This document shows, piece by piece, positions 1 through 8,689 of a stretch of 12,317 nt of DNA. The DNA is from Gemmatimonadaceae bacterium. GTDB lineage: Bacteria; Gemmatimonadota; Gemmatimonadetes; Gemmatimonadales; Gemmatimonadaceae. The DNA lies in the NCBI GenBank assembly GCA_040902005.1, contig JBBDYA010000107.1, forward strand, positions 1 to 12,317, in the 5' to 3' direction. A program made the translations under genes and the position numbers. How positions within the stretch are numbered: position 1 is the stretch's first letter; each line of letters opens with the position of its first letter. The notes under the pieces are model-generated. The model was given only the letters and a program-made list of their open reading frames with translations, was not told the origin of the DNA and ran no database searches.

Positions 1-3000
1 GAAATCGGGTTGCTATTCGCGTCGCGGACCGTGACCGTGATCGTGGAGCTCGACGAGCCGTTCGCCGTCACGTTGTTCGAGCCCGTCCGCTCCACAGTCG
101 AATTGCCGGCGGTGACTGCCCCGGCCGTACCCGTAGCCGTGAATGCTATTGGGCTGCCAGCCAGCCCGGACACGGCTGCCGTGAGTGTGTTCGTTCCAGC
201 AGTGGTACCGAGTCGCCAGGCCGCCAGGGTCGCGATTCCGGTCGTTGCATTCGTGTTCACTGTCAGCGGTCCGGCGACGAGCCCACCACCGTTATCGATC
301 GTCCCGCTGCCGCCAGTAACCGTGAACGTGACGGTGACGCTACCCACCGGATTGTTGTTCGCGTCCCGCACGATTACACTCGGCGCGGTCGCGTTCTGAC
401 CCGCGACTACCGTCTGGCTTGTGACGCTGTTCGAGATGATGTTCTGGGCGTTGCCAGTTGTCGCGCTCGCCGAGAAGTTGACGACGCTGCCGTTCAGCGG
501 TCCGCCCGAAACAGTCGCTGACAGCGTGTTGTTGTTGGTGCCGGCTGTCGTCCCCATCGTCCACGAGCTGAGCGCAGCGACGCCGGAGCTGTTCGTGGTG
601 ACTGTGTTGCCCGTCGGCGAGGCGATTGATCCGCCGCCACCCGTCACCGCGAAGTCGATACTGACACCGCTCACCGGATTGCTGTTCGCGTCACGCACGA
701 TCACCGACGGCGCGGTGGGGACGGCTGTGCCGACGGTCGCGCTCTGCCCGATACCACCATTGATCGCGTAGGTCGCGGCGGCACCCACCGTGCCGGTCGC
801 CGTGAACGTCGCCGGCTCGCCCGACAGGCCGAGCCCCGTCGTGGCAGAGATCGTGTTCGTTCCCACGGCAGTGCCGAGGCGCCAGGCTGCCAACGCAGCA
901 ACACCGCTTGCAAGGGTTACGACATTAAGCGGACCAGCCACCAAGCCGCCGCCGTTGTCTATCGAGCCGCTGCCGCCGGTCACAGTGAAGGTCACGGTCA
1001 CACCTGCAACGGCGTTGCCGCTGGCGTCGCGCACTACGACCGAGGGTGCCGTACCCACGTTGGTGGCAACCGTTGCGCTCTGGCCGTTGCCCGCGTTCAC
1101 CGCCATCTGCGAGGCACCGCCCGACCCGAGGGTATGCGACGACGTCGCGGCGGTCAGGCCGGCGGAGCTGTACGTGACGGTGCGCGCGCCGTTGCTTCCG
1201 GAGATGGACAGGTCAGCGAACGTTGCTACGCCGCTACCGTTCGTCTGAACGGTCGTGACGCCGCCGAGCGTGCCGCCGCCGGCAGTGATGGTGGCCGAGA
1301 CACTCACGTTCGCCGCACTCACCGCGTTGAGGTTCGCGTCGCGCAGCTGAATGACGGGCTGGGTAAGGAAGTCGACCCCGGCTTGCGGGTTCGCCGATGG
1401 CGTCGTCGTGACCGTCAGCTGCGACGCCGCACCGGGAACCGTAACGATCGGCGCAGCCGTTGTGCCCGTGAGCGCGCCGGTCGTTGCGGTGACGGTCGTG
1501 GAGATGCCCGCAACGATGTGCGTCGTGAACACCACCGACGCCTGTCCCGCGCCGTCCGTGAACGACGTCGCCGTGGCGAATGCGCCGTTGACGTCGGACC
1601 TGGTCCACGTGACCTTCTGGCCGGACAGCGGCACGGCGTTGCCGTTCGCGTCGCGCAGCTGGGCGGTAATCGTGACGTTGGCACCGGCCGCCGGGCTCGC
1701 GCTGCTCGTGGTGACAGTGTAGTTCGTCGCAGCGCCGGCCTGCGGCGTGATTGTCGGGCTGATTCCGGTGGTGCCACTGGTCGTCGCCGTAACGGTGTGG
1801 CTCGTGGCCGTCGTATTCGTCCCGAACCTCATCGTCGCGCGACCGGTAGCATCAGTGGCCGAAGTCGCGGACGCGAAACCACCGCCACCCGTACTGGACC
1901 AGTTGACTACCTGTCCTGCCGTCGCGACGGAGTTGTTGTTGGCGTCCGCGAGCTGCGCGGTGATCGTTACGGAGTCGCCGGCGAGCGGGTTAGTGCTCGT
2001 CGTCGTGACGACATACTTCGACGCGGCGGCGGCGCTGAACGGAATCAGCGCGTTCTGCGAGATGGCAACAGCATTGAACGTCCCGGCGATTGTTGCGGTG
2101 CCGGCCGTCAATCCCGACGTGAGCGTTGCGGTATAGCGTCCGCCGCCCGCATCGGTAACCGAGCCGAGCGAGCCCAGCGTCGTGGTCAGGGCAACCGTGG
2201 CCCCGCCGAACGTGATGTTGTTGCTGCTCGCGTCGCGGAGCTGGACCGTGACGGTCGTTGTGCTCGTACCGCTCGCGGTGATGCTCGCAGGTGACGCAGT
2301 GATCCCCGACGTGGTCGCCGAAACGTTCTGCTGGATCGTGACGGCCCGGTCGACGGTCACCGAGCCTGAGGTCGCGCGGACGGTTACGCTGCCGTTCGCG
2401 GTGGCGGTGAGCACACCCGTAACGGAGTTGATCGTCGCGAACGTGCCGCCCGAGACGATCGACCAGGTGACACTGGCGTTCGTGATGGGTGCGCCGGTCG
2501 AGTTGAAGACGTTGGCGTCGAAGTCGATCGTATTGCCGAACGCCGTGATCGTCGGTGGTGTGTCCGGAGTCACCGTCATCGACGCGGCGGCATTCGTGAC
2601 GACGACGATCACCCCGTCTCTCACCGTCGCCGAGTCGGCCCCTTTGGTGATGGCCCGCACGACGGTCTCGCCCGGCGCGACCGCGATGATATGACCCAGA
2701 CCGTCCGCAGACATCCGGGCGATGCTGATGTCGTCGCTGCGCCAGTTGACGGCGTCTCGGCCGAGCGCCACTCCCAGGCTGTTTTGAAAGTCGACCACGA
2801 ACGTCGAATTGCGATCTCCGATGCTGGCGAGGGTGATCGTGTCCGGAATGATCCGGACCGTCGCGGGGTGATTGCTTACCGAAAGGACAATGCGTTCCTC
2901 CACGCCGTTGTCCGTGCGGGCGAAGAGGGACGTGGTATCCGGTCCCGCGACCAGAGAAGTGATCGTTGCCTGGTTCTTGCCTGGGACGACGATGCTGGCG

Positions 3001-4391
3001 AGCGACGGGTTCGCCAGCACCCAGTGTACGGTGTCACCGGGCTGTGTGAGCGAGTCGCCAACGGCATTGAAAAGCTTCGACGACACGGCGGCGGATGTGC
3101 CGAGGCTCAGGAGGTTGACGGCCGCAGGGCTGATCGAGACGCTGGCCGGAAGGTTGGTGACCGTAATGCTGACCGAATCCTCGCCAGCGTCATCGATCGC
3201 CTTGATGATCGTCGTGCCCGTACGCCGCGCGGTGACGAGACCAAAGCGTTCCGTCGGGTCGGTGTTTACGGTTGCCACCTCTTCATCGCTGCTGCTCCAC
3301 GTCACCCCGCTTGCACCAACGTCCCTGCCAAGCGAGTCCCGGACTGTGGGAACCAGATGCAACGTGTCGCCGATCGATGGAATCGTGACCGCGTTCAGCG
3401 GCAGACTGAGCGTCGTCGTGACTTGTTGGACGGTGACGCTGAGGCAGCTCGGCACGGGAAGAGACGCTGATGCGGCGCACAGTGCCGCTGCGTCGCCCGT
3501 GTTCCCAATGCTCGTCAGCACGACCACCGCGGGGTTGGACGTGGTGGCCAGGCCCACCGTGCTCTGCGACATCGTCATCGTCGGCGGAAATCCCGACGCG
3601 ATGGAGTTGCCATTCCCATCGACGGGGAGTGCCGTTACTGCTGCGGTGTCGCCGAGTGCGCGAAAGTTGATCGACGTGTTGAGATTGAAGCGAGAGTCGA
3701 AGTTGTATCGCGAGAGTAGCTGCGAGACGGTGACCACCGTCGAGTCTTCGTCCACTCCCTCGAATGTCGCGACGATGGACGTCTGCCCATTCGCAACCGC
3801 CGTCGCGACACCGACCGCGTCCACCGACACGATGGCCGGATCCAGCGACCGCCACGTGGTGCTTCCGCCCGTGAGCTCGACGCCATCTCGCGTCGTGGAT
3901 ACGCCACGAAAGTGAAGCGTATCGCCGAGGCTTCGGAACGTCTGCTCCGCGGTAGGCCTGACCTCGTTGTTGAACGGCTGCGCGACCACGGTGACGCTGG
4001 CCTGCCGCGACGTGTCCGTGCCCACCGTTGCGCTGACCAGCGTCGCGGTCACCAGCGTGGTTCCGCGCGCCCTGATGATCAGGCTGTCGCCGCCCGCCGT
4101 CACCCCGATGATGTCCGGGTCCCCCGACGAGAAGCGATAGCGAGCCGTGGGCTGTCTGATGCTGCCGATCATCACGTCGAACGGCAGCGTCGTGGTATCG
4201 CCTACGAACAGACTCGGGTTTGGAGCGCCCGCGTACTGGATGACGGTCAGCGGCGTTATCCCGGGCTCCGTTGACAGGTCACCACACGTGGCCGCAACGA
4301 CGACCAATCCTGCAAACGAAAAAGTCCCGCCCAAGGAGCGGAGCAGCGGCCGGAGCGAAACGTTTGGTGAGAATCGGCGGGAAAAACGCAC
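1..4391 (-). CDS. Giant Ig-like-repeat surface lipoprotein / putative adhesin (Big_2-like followed by Big_1/invasin-like domains), 3' end beyond window, >1463 aa
   Basis: Manual minus-strand translation: an in-frame TAG at 4397-4395 is followed by GTG at 4391, giving MRFSRRFSPNVSLRPLLRSLGGTFSFAGLVVVAAT-C-GDLSTEP (lipobox Cys codon 4286-4284). No stop was seen down to base 1. About 7 N-terminal domains carry (S/A)(L/I)GDT-type and W-x-S-x-D motifs. Then come 8 domains with (V/L)(R/A)DA(N/S)xN motifs near 2230, 1940, 1645, 1335, 1020, 685, 360 and 20. Thr/Ser/Gly/Ala/Val-rich. The exact start codon is uncertain. Confidence 0.92.
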   Translation of the reverse strand, partial: MRFSRRFSPNVSLRPLLRSLGGTFSFAGLVVVAATCGDLSTEPGITPLTVIQYAGAPNPSLFVGDTTTLPFDVMIGSIRQPTARYRFSSGDPDIIGVTAGGDSLIIRARGTTLVTATLVSATVGTDTSRQASVTVVAQPFNNEVRPTAEQTFRSLGDTLHFRGVSTTRDGVELTGGSTTWRSLDPAIVSVDAVGVATAVANGQTSIVATFEGVDEDSTVVTVSQLLSRYNFDSRFNLNTSINFRALGDTAAVTALPVDGNGNSIASGFPPTMTMSQSTVGLATTSNPAVVVLTSIGNTGDAAALCAASASLPVPSCLSVTVQQVTTTLSLPLNAVTIPSIGDTLHLVPTVRDSLGRDVGASGVTWSSSDEEVATVNTDPTERFGLVTARRTGTTIIKAIDDAGEDSVSITVTNLPASVSISPAAVNLLSLGTSAAVSSKLFNAVGDSLTQPGDTVHWVLANPSLASIVVPGKNQATITSLVAGPDTTSLFARTDNGVEERIVLSVSNHPATVRIIPDTITLASIGDRNSTFVVDFQNSLGVALGRDAVNWRSDDISIARMSADGLGHIIAVAPGETVVRAITKGADSATVRDGVIVVVTNAAASMTVTPDTPPTITAFGNTIDFDANVFNSTGAPITNASVTWSIVSGGTFATINSVTGVLTATANGSVTVRATSGSVTVDRAVTIQQNVSATTSGITASPASITASGTSTTTVTVQLRDASSNNITFGGATVALTTTLGSLGSVTDAGGGRYTATLTSGLTAGTATIAGTFNAVAISQNALIPFSAAAASKYVVTTTSTNPLAGDSVTITAQLADANNNSVATAGQVVNWSSTGGGGFASATSATDATGRATMRFGTNTTATSHTVTATTSGTTGISPTITPQAGAATNYTVTTSSASPAAGANVTITAQLRDANGNAVPLSGQKVTWTRSDVNGAFATATSFTDGAGQASVVFTTHIVAGISTTVTATTGALTGTTAAPIVTVPGAASQLTVTTTPSANPQAGVDFLTQPVIQLRDANLNAVSAANVSVSATITAGGGTLGGVTTVQTNGSGVATFADLSISGSNGARTVTYSSAGLTAATSSHTLGSGGASQMAVNAGNGQSATVATNVGTAPSVVVRDASGNAVAGVTVTFTVTGGSGSIDNGGGLVAGPLNVVTLASGVAALAAWRLGTAVGTNTISATTGLGLSGEPATFTATGTVGAAATYAINGGIGQSATVGTAVPTAPSVIVRDANSNPVSGVSIDFAVTGGGGSIASPTGNTVTTNSSGVAALSSWTMGTTAGTNNNTLSATVSGGPLNGSVVNFSASATTGNAQNIISNSVTSQTVVAGQNATAPSVIVRDANNNPVGSVTVTFTVTGGSGTIDNGGGLVAGPLTVNTNATTGIATLAAWRLGTTAGTNTLTAAVSGLAGSPIAFTATGTAGAVTAGNSTVERTGSNNVTANGSSSSTITVTVRDANSNPI

Positions 4392-4396
4392 AGTCT

Positions 4397-4425
4397 ATTT
4401 TGCAGGCGGGACGGCGTAAGTGCAA
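4397..4425 (-). promoter_or_regulatory. Candidate sigma70-type promoter for the giant lipoprotein gene (possibly leaderless)
   Basis: The minus strand reads TTGCAC-N17-CAAAAT-N5-GTG, with no Shine-Dalgarno sequence. An alternative -10 (TAGACT) abuts the GTG. Confidence 0.35.
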
Positions 4426-4674
4426 GGCAGATCAGTGATTCGGCTGTCCCTCGGCGCCCACCCATTCCTGCGCGAAACCCGGCCATCACATCCGCCGAAT
4501 CCGCACTGGTTTGACGCGCGACTACCACACAAAGCTTGCTTTGACGGCCGACCTGTGGAGATCCGGAGCTTCCCTCACCCCACAGAATCATATGACGAAG
4601 TTGGCCGCGCCAAGGCAACGTCCTATAAGGTATGGTTCAGCCGACTCCGCTTCAGTGACCCAATACCCCAATAC

Positions 4675-6864
4675 CTAGAACGACGCACCCCACACGAAGA
4701 ACGGCTTCCATTCCCCGGGGCCATCGATCGGACGGGAAACCCCCACACCAATCGCCCCTGAAAGAAATGTGAGGCGAAGGTCCGCCGTCGCCCGCACCCG
4801 CTCCGTTGGACGCGACAGGGGAATTACGCCATCCCCGCCCAGTGCCAATATGGCAGCCTGACCTGCCGCGCTCGAAACCTCGGTCCATCCCGCGTGGGCT
4901 CCCAACCCGATTCCGGGACCCAGCCCCGGAACCACCAGGGCTCCCAGCCGGCGGGGAGCGCGCATGATCGGCAGCTGGTACGCCACCAGCCCCCGCCCCA
5001 GTGCCGCGCGATCCCCACCGAACTCCTTGTACCCGTACGCCGGCAGATTCAGCCCGCCCCCCATCTCGTAGAGCACCTGTGGTGGCAGCTCCTCGCCGAA
5101 CACCGCCCCCGCGTCCACGCGTGACGCAAACGCCAGCCCGCGCCAGTAACGGCGTGCGGCCAGCCGCACTTCCACCCGCTGCCAGTCCAGCTCTCCGCTC
5201 GCGATCTCGTATTTCACCCGCGCCCCCAGCCCGGAACTCAGCGTCTCGCCGGTGACCCGCGGGTGATACTCGAGCGTCGCCGTGCCGCGCGCGTAGTCGC
5301 CGTCGAACGCATTCCGGTTGGGACGGAAGCTCGTCCCGTGAAACACGCCGTTCCGGAGACGTGCCGGTTCCACGCGATCCCGCACGATCGCGACCTCGGT
5401 CGTGAGCAGCGCCCGATCGATGTCCTTGATGATGCGCGTGCTCGTGACCGCGCCAATCCACCGGTCCACGTAGTCGTGGTCGTCGGTGCCGGTGATGAGC
5501 GGGCCAATGGACAGCCCGCTTTCCATTGCGGCGAGAAAATCATTGGTGGACGCCAGCGTTCGCTCTGCCCGCGCCATCGTGATCCAGTTTCCGCGACTGA
5601 GCGACACGCTCGCCAGCCCGCGGGCAGTCTGTTCCTCCCACGCCCAGCCCACGTTGCCCCGCGCGGTCAGCCCGGGCACCATGTCGCGGAATCGGAGCGA
5701 GCCGGCTACCCCGGTGAACATCCCCTCCACCCGGTTGTAGCGCACCACCTCATCCAGGCGCCTGGGCCACACGTCCACCCGCGGCGCGCCGGTCGCTCGC
5801 CAGGCGTCGGGAGCAATGTCGTCGAAGTCCTGGCCGTTCACCTCGGCGCTCGAAACGCCCAGGTTCCGCTCCCAGCCGCCGAATCGGTTCACGCTGTCTC
5901 CCGGCGCGAAGCTGAGGCGCGCGCGGGTGGGCGGGAGCGGCAGCGTGTCGGCGGCAATCGGTGAGCTGTCGCGCTCGCTGAGCTCGTGCTGCCGGAAACG
6001 GCTGATGATCCTATAGATGGGGCGCGTCTCGCCGAGGAGCCCCATCTGCACCTGGAACTCCGACCGCTGGTACACGGGCAGCCAATACTTGCCGTCGATC
6101 TCGGCATTCTCGAACTCCACGTACGCCACGGCCACCGCGCCGGTGGATCGTACGAAGAGAGGATCCTTCCTCGGCGTCATGCTGACGAACGCGCCGCGCA
6201 TGCGCACGAGTTGATGCCGGTCCGCGTCGAAGTCGAGGTCCCCGCGGAATCCCACGAAGTTCCGTTCGGGTACGTCCACCGGCTCGGCGCGCACGCGCAC
6301 GATCCGGATCGCGCGCCCGCGCGAGTACACGATCGCCGCGGTGTCGCCGCCGCTGAACCGGTAGTAGGCGTCGCGGTCCTGGGCCAGCGGATGCACGGAG
6401 CGATATGGCTGCAACCCGGCGGCGGAATCCTGCCGCACGCGCTTCTCCCGATTCACCACCTCGCCGCGCGTACGCGGCAGCCCGTCGTTCATGCCGATCG
6501 CCAGCCGGTTCCCATACAGCGTCGGCACCGTGTACATGCGGGTGAACGTCAGGGCGGAGTACGGAGCGCCCAGCGTCTGCGACCGGAATCCCACCACGTG
6601 CAGGTCGTAGCGTCCTGACCGCTCCCATTCGGCGCGCGCGGCGAGCTGCTCTATCTGCCCCACCATTTCGCGGCCCAGACTGTCCCGCAGAATGAATGCG
6701 AATTCGGTTTCGACGGACGCCCCGTATCCGGCGAGCGCTGGGGGCGGGGCGCGGTTTCCGGCGGCTGCCCTTGCGATGAACTCTCGCAGCGCCGGCGTCG
6801 CGTAGACGGAGTCGGGGCTTGGCATCGCCTGAGCCATCTGGGTCAGCAGAGCCAGAACGAGCAT
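4675..6864 (-). CDS. Outer-membrane beta-barrel protein, DUF5686-like / Omp85-like C-terminal barrel with a soluble N-terminal domain, 729 aa
   Basis: Short hydrophobic N-terminus ending AQA. IDGKYWLP and RYNRVEG motifs resemble DUF5686-type proteins. The C-terminal half has amphipathic beta-strands and ends in an aromatic beta-signal (WKPFFVWGASF, terminal Phe). Confidence 0.8.
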   Translation of the reverse strand: MLVLALLTQMAQAMPSPDSVYATPALREFIARAAAGNRAPPPALAGYGASVETEFAFILRDSLGREMVGQIEQLAARAEWERSGRYDLHVVGFRSQTLGAPYSALTFTRMYTVPTLYGNRLAIGMNDGLPRTRGEVVNREKRVRQDSAAGLQPYRSVHPLAQDRDAYYRFSGGDTAAIVYSRGRAIRIVRVRAEPVDVPERNFVGFRGDLDFDADRHQLVRMRGAFVSMTPRKDPLFVRSTGAVAVAYVEFENAEIDGKYWLPVYQRSEFQVQMGLLGETRPIYRIISRFRQHELSERDSSPIAADTLPLPPTRARLSFAPGDSVNRFGGWERNLGVSSAEVNGQDFDDIAPDAWRATGAPRVDVWPRRLDEVVRYNRVEGMFTGVAGSLRFRDMVPGLTARGNVGWAWEEQTARGLASVSLSRGNWITMARAERTLASTNDFLAAMESGLSIGPLITGTDDHDYVDRWIGAVTSTRIIKDIDRALLTTEVAIVRDRVEPARLRNGVFHGTSFRPNRNAFDGDYARGTATLEYHPRVTGETLSSGLGARVKYEIASGELDWQRVEVRLAARRYWRGLAFASRVDAGAVFGEELPPQVLYEMGGGLNLPAYGYKEFGGDRAALGRGLVAYQLPIMRAPRRLGALVVPGLGPGIGLGAHAGWTEVSSAAGQAAILALGGDGVIPLSRPTERVRATADLRLTFLSGAIGVGVSRPIDGPGEWKPFFVWGASF

Positions 6865-6869
6865 GAATC

Positions 6870-6875
6870 ACAATA
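6870..6875 (-). promoter_or_regulatory. Candidate -10 element (TATTGT) 5 nt upstream of the barrel gene ATG
   Basis: The minus strand reads TATTGT-GATTC-ATG, with no SD sequence. Confidence 0.4.
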
Positions 6876-6956
6876 CGCCGGGATCGTGAGAACGATTCAG
6901 CCACATGTAGTGCCTGCAATACGGGTTCAATGGTTACCTTGCCCTGAACACGCATC

Positions 6957-8663
6957 ATGACTGACGCGATCGATCTTTCAGGCTTCGGCGCCCTCGGGCT
7001 GTCCGACGCAGTGCTTGCGACCCTCACCGGCCTTGGCTACGAAGAGCCAACGCCCATCCAGCGCGAGGCAATTCCTCCGCTGCTGGCGGGACGCGATCTA
7101 CTGGGGCAGGCCGCTACGGGCACAGGGAAGACGGCGGCCTTCGCGCTCCCACTCCTCCAGCTGATCTCCGGCGGCCACAGTGAGGACGACGACCGCCGCA
7201 CCGCGCGCGCTCTCGTGCTCGTGCCCACGCGCGAGCTGGCGATGCAGGTGGCCGAGGCGCTTCACAAGTACGGACACCAGGCGTTCGGCACCACGGTGGT
7301 TCCGGTGTACGGGGGACAGGCCATCTCGCAGCAGTTGCGCGCGCTGCGTCGCGGCGTGGACGTCGTGGTAGCCACCCCCGGACGCGCGGTCGATCATCTC
7401 AAGCGCGGCTCGATGGATCTGTCAGCGGTGCGCTTCCTGGTGCTCGACGAGGCGGACGAGATGCTGGACATGGGCTTCGCGGACGAGCTGGAGACGATCC
7501 TGGCCGCGGTGCCGAAGCCCCGGCAGACCGCGCTCCTGTCGGCCACGATGGTGGGGCGCGTGAGCGCGATCGCCGAGCGGCATCTGTCCAATCCCGTGCG
7601 CGTGATGATCCGCCGCGAGAAGACCGTCGAGGGCGACATCCCGCGCGTGCGGCAGATCGCGTACGTCGTGCCGCGGCAGCACAAGCTCACCGCGCTGGGG
7701 CGCGTGCTGGACATGGAAGATCCTGCGTCTGCCATCGTGTTCTGCCGCACGCGAACGGAGGTGGACAGTCTCTCGGAGATGCTGAGCGCGCACGGGTATC
7801 GCGCGGAGCCCCTGCATGGCGGGCTCACGCAGGAGCAGCGCGACCGGGTGATGCGCAAGTTCAAGGAGGGGCGCACCGAACTACTCGTGGCCACGGACGT
7901 GGCCGCGCGCGGCCTGGACATCGAGAACGTGTCGCACGTGGTGAACTACGACGTGCCGTCGTCGCCAGACGCGTACGTGCACCGCATCGGGCGCACGGGG
8001 CGCGCGGGGCGCACCGGCATGGCGATCACGTTCGCGGAACCGCGCGAGCATCGCTACCTGAAGAATATCGAACGGCTCACGAAGCAGCAGATCACGATCG
8101 AGAAGGTGCCGACGATCGTGGACCTCCGGTCGCGCAAGCTGGAGCTGACGCGAGCCGCCATCCAGGAGACGCTGCTGGCCGGGGAGCTGGATTCGTTCCG
8201 CGTGGTGGTGGAGACGCTGTCCGCGGAGCACGACGTGATGGACATCGCCGCGGCCGCCGTGCGTCTGGCGCACGAAGCCAAGGATGGCGTGGGGAAGGAG
8301 GAGGCAGAGATTCCCGAGGTGGCGCCGGCGCGCGAGCGGCCGCGGCGGGAGACCGGCGCGCGGACCCGGCCTGCGAAATCGGGCGCGAAACGAGGGGGGG
8401 GGGGCGCGCGGGGACGCGGCAGCGCCGACGTGACGCGCGTGTTCATCGGGCTGGGGCGCGCGAGCGGAATGCGTCCGGCCGACATCGTGGGCGCCATCGC
8501 CAACGAGGCGGGAATCTCACCGCGCGAGATCGGCTCGATCGACATTGCGGACAAGTTCTCGATCGTCGAAGTCCCGTCGGGCGAGGCCGGAGCCATCATC
8601 CAGGCCCTGCGCGCGACCACCCTGCGCGGCAAGAGAGCCGTGGTGCGCCCGGACGGCCGGTAA
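6957..8663 (+). CDS. deaD: ATP-dependent DEAD-box RNA helicase, DeaD/CsdA type with C-terminal DbpA-like RNA-binding domain
   Basis: Q motif GYEEPTPIQ, AATGTGKT, PTRELA, TPGR, DEAD, SAT, ATDVAARGLD and YVHRIGRTGRAG are all present. The C-terminal FIGLGRASGMRPADIVGAIANEAGI segment is typical of the DbpA RNA-binding domain. Confidence 0.95.
   Translation: MTDAIDLSGFGALGLSDAVLATLTGLGYEEPTPIQREAIPPLLAGRDLLGQAATGTGKTAAFALPLLQLISGGHSEDDDRRTARALVLVPTRELAMQVAEALHKYGHQAFGTTVVPVYGGQAISQQLRALRRGVDVVVATPGRAVDHLKRGSMDLSAVRFLVLDEADEMLDMGFADELETILAAVPKPRQTALLSATMVGRVSAIAERHLSNPVRVMIRREKTVEGDIPRVRQIAYVVPRQHKLTALGRVLDMEDPASAIVFCRTRTEVDSLSEMLSAHGYRAEPLHGGLTQEQRDRVMRKFKEGRTELLVATDVAARGLDIENVSHVVNYDVPSSPDAYVHRIGRTGRAGRTGMAITFAEPREHRYLKNIERLTKQQITIEKVPTIVDLRSRKLELTRAAIQETLLAGELDSFRVVVETLSAEHDVMDIAAAAVRLAHEAKDGVGKEEAEIPEVAPARERPRRETGARTRPAKSGAKRGGGGARGRGSADVTRVFIGLGRASGMRPADIVGAIANEAGISPREIGSIDIADKFSIVEVPSGEAGAIIQALRATTLRGKRAVVRPDGR
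8394..8404 (+). repeat. G11 homopolymer within deaD linker
   Basis: cga-GGGGGGGGGGG-c, encoding RGGGG. Confidence 0.9.
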
Positions 8664-8689
8664 CGTCTGGCAACGTTCTCAGCGCCGTT

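Noticed and set aside
4370..4391. SRRF as a twin-arginine (Tat) signal
   Set aside because: It lacks the RRxFLK consensus spacing, and the start codon itself is uncertain.
10..4419. Series of + strand Val/Thr/Pro-rich ORFs (10, 421, 790, 1351, 1747, 2182, 2872, 4147) and Arg-rich ORFs
   Set aside because: They are antisense shadows of the giant minus-strand gene. The listed ones share one frame and carry no independent motifs.
4392..4674. Riboswitch (e.g. c-di-GMP) or small ORFs 4256..4618 and 4420..4761 in the intergenic region
   Set aside because: No recognisable aptamer consensus or terminator. There is only an 8-bp inverted pair (4437-4444/4494-4501) and a short CCAATACC duplication. 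The ORFs overlap real genes and lack motifs.
8664..8689. Terminator between convergent deaD and the small lipoprotein gene
   Set aside because: Only a weak 5-bp AACGT/ACGTT stem and no U-tract.
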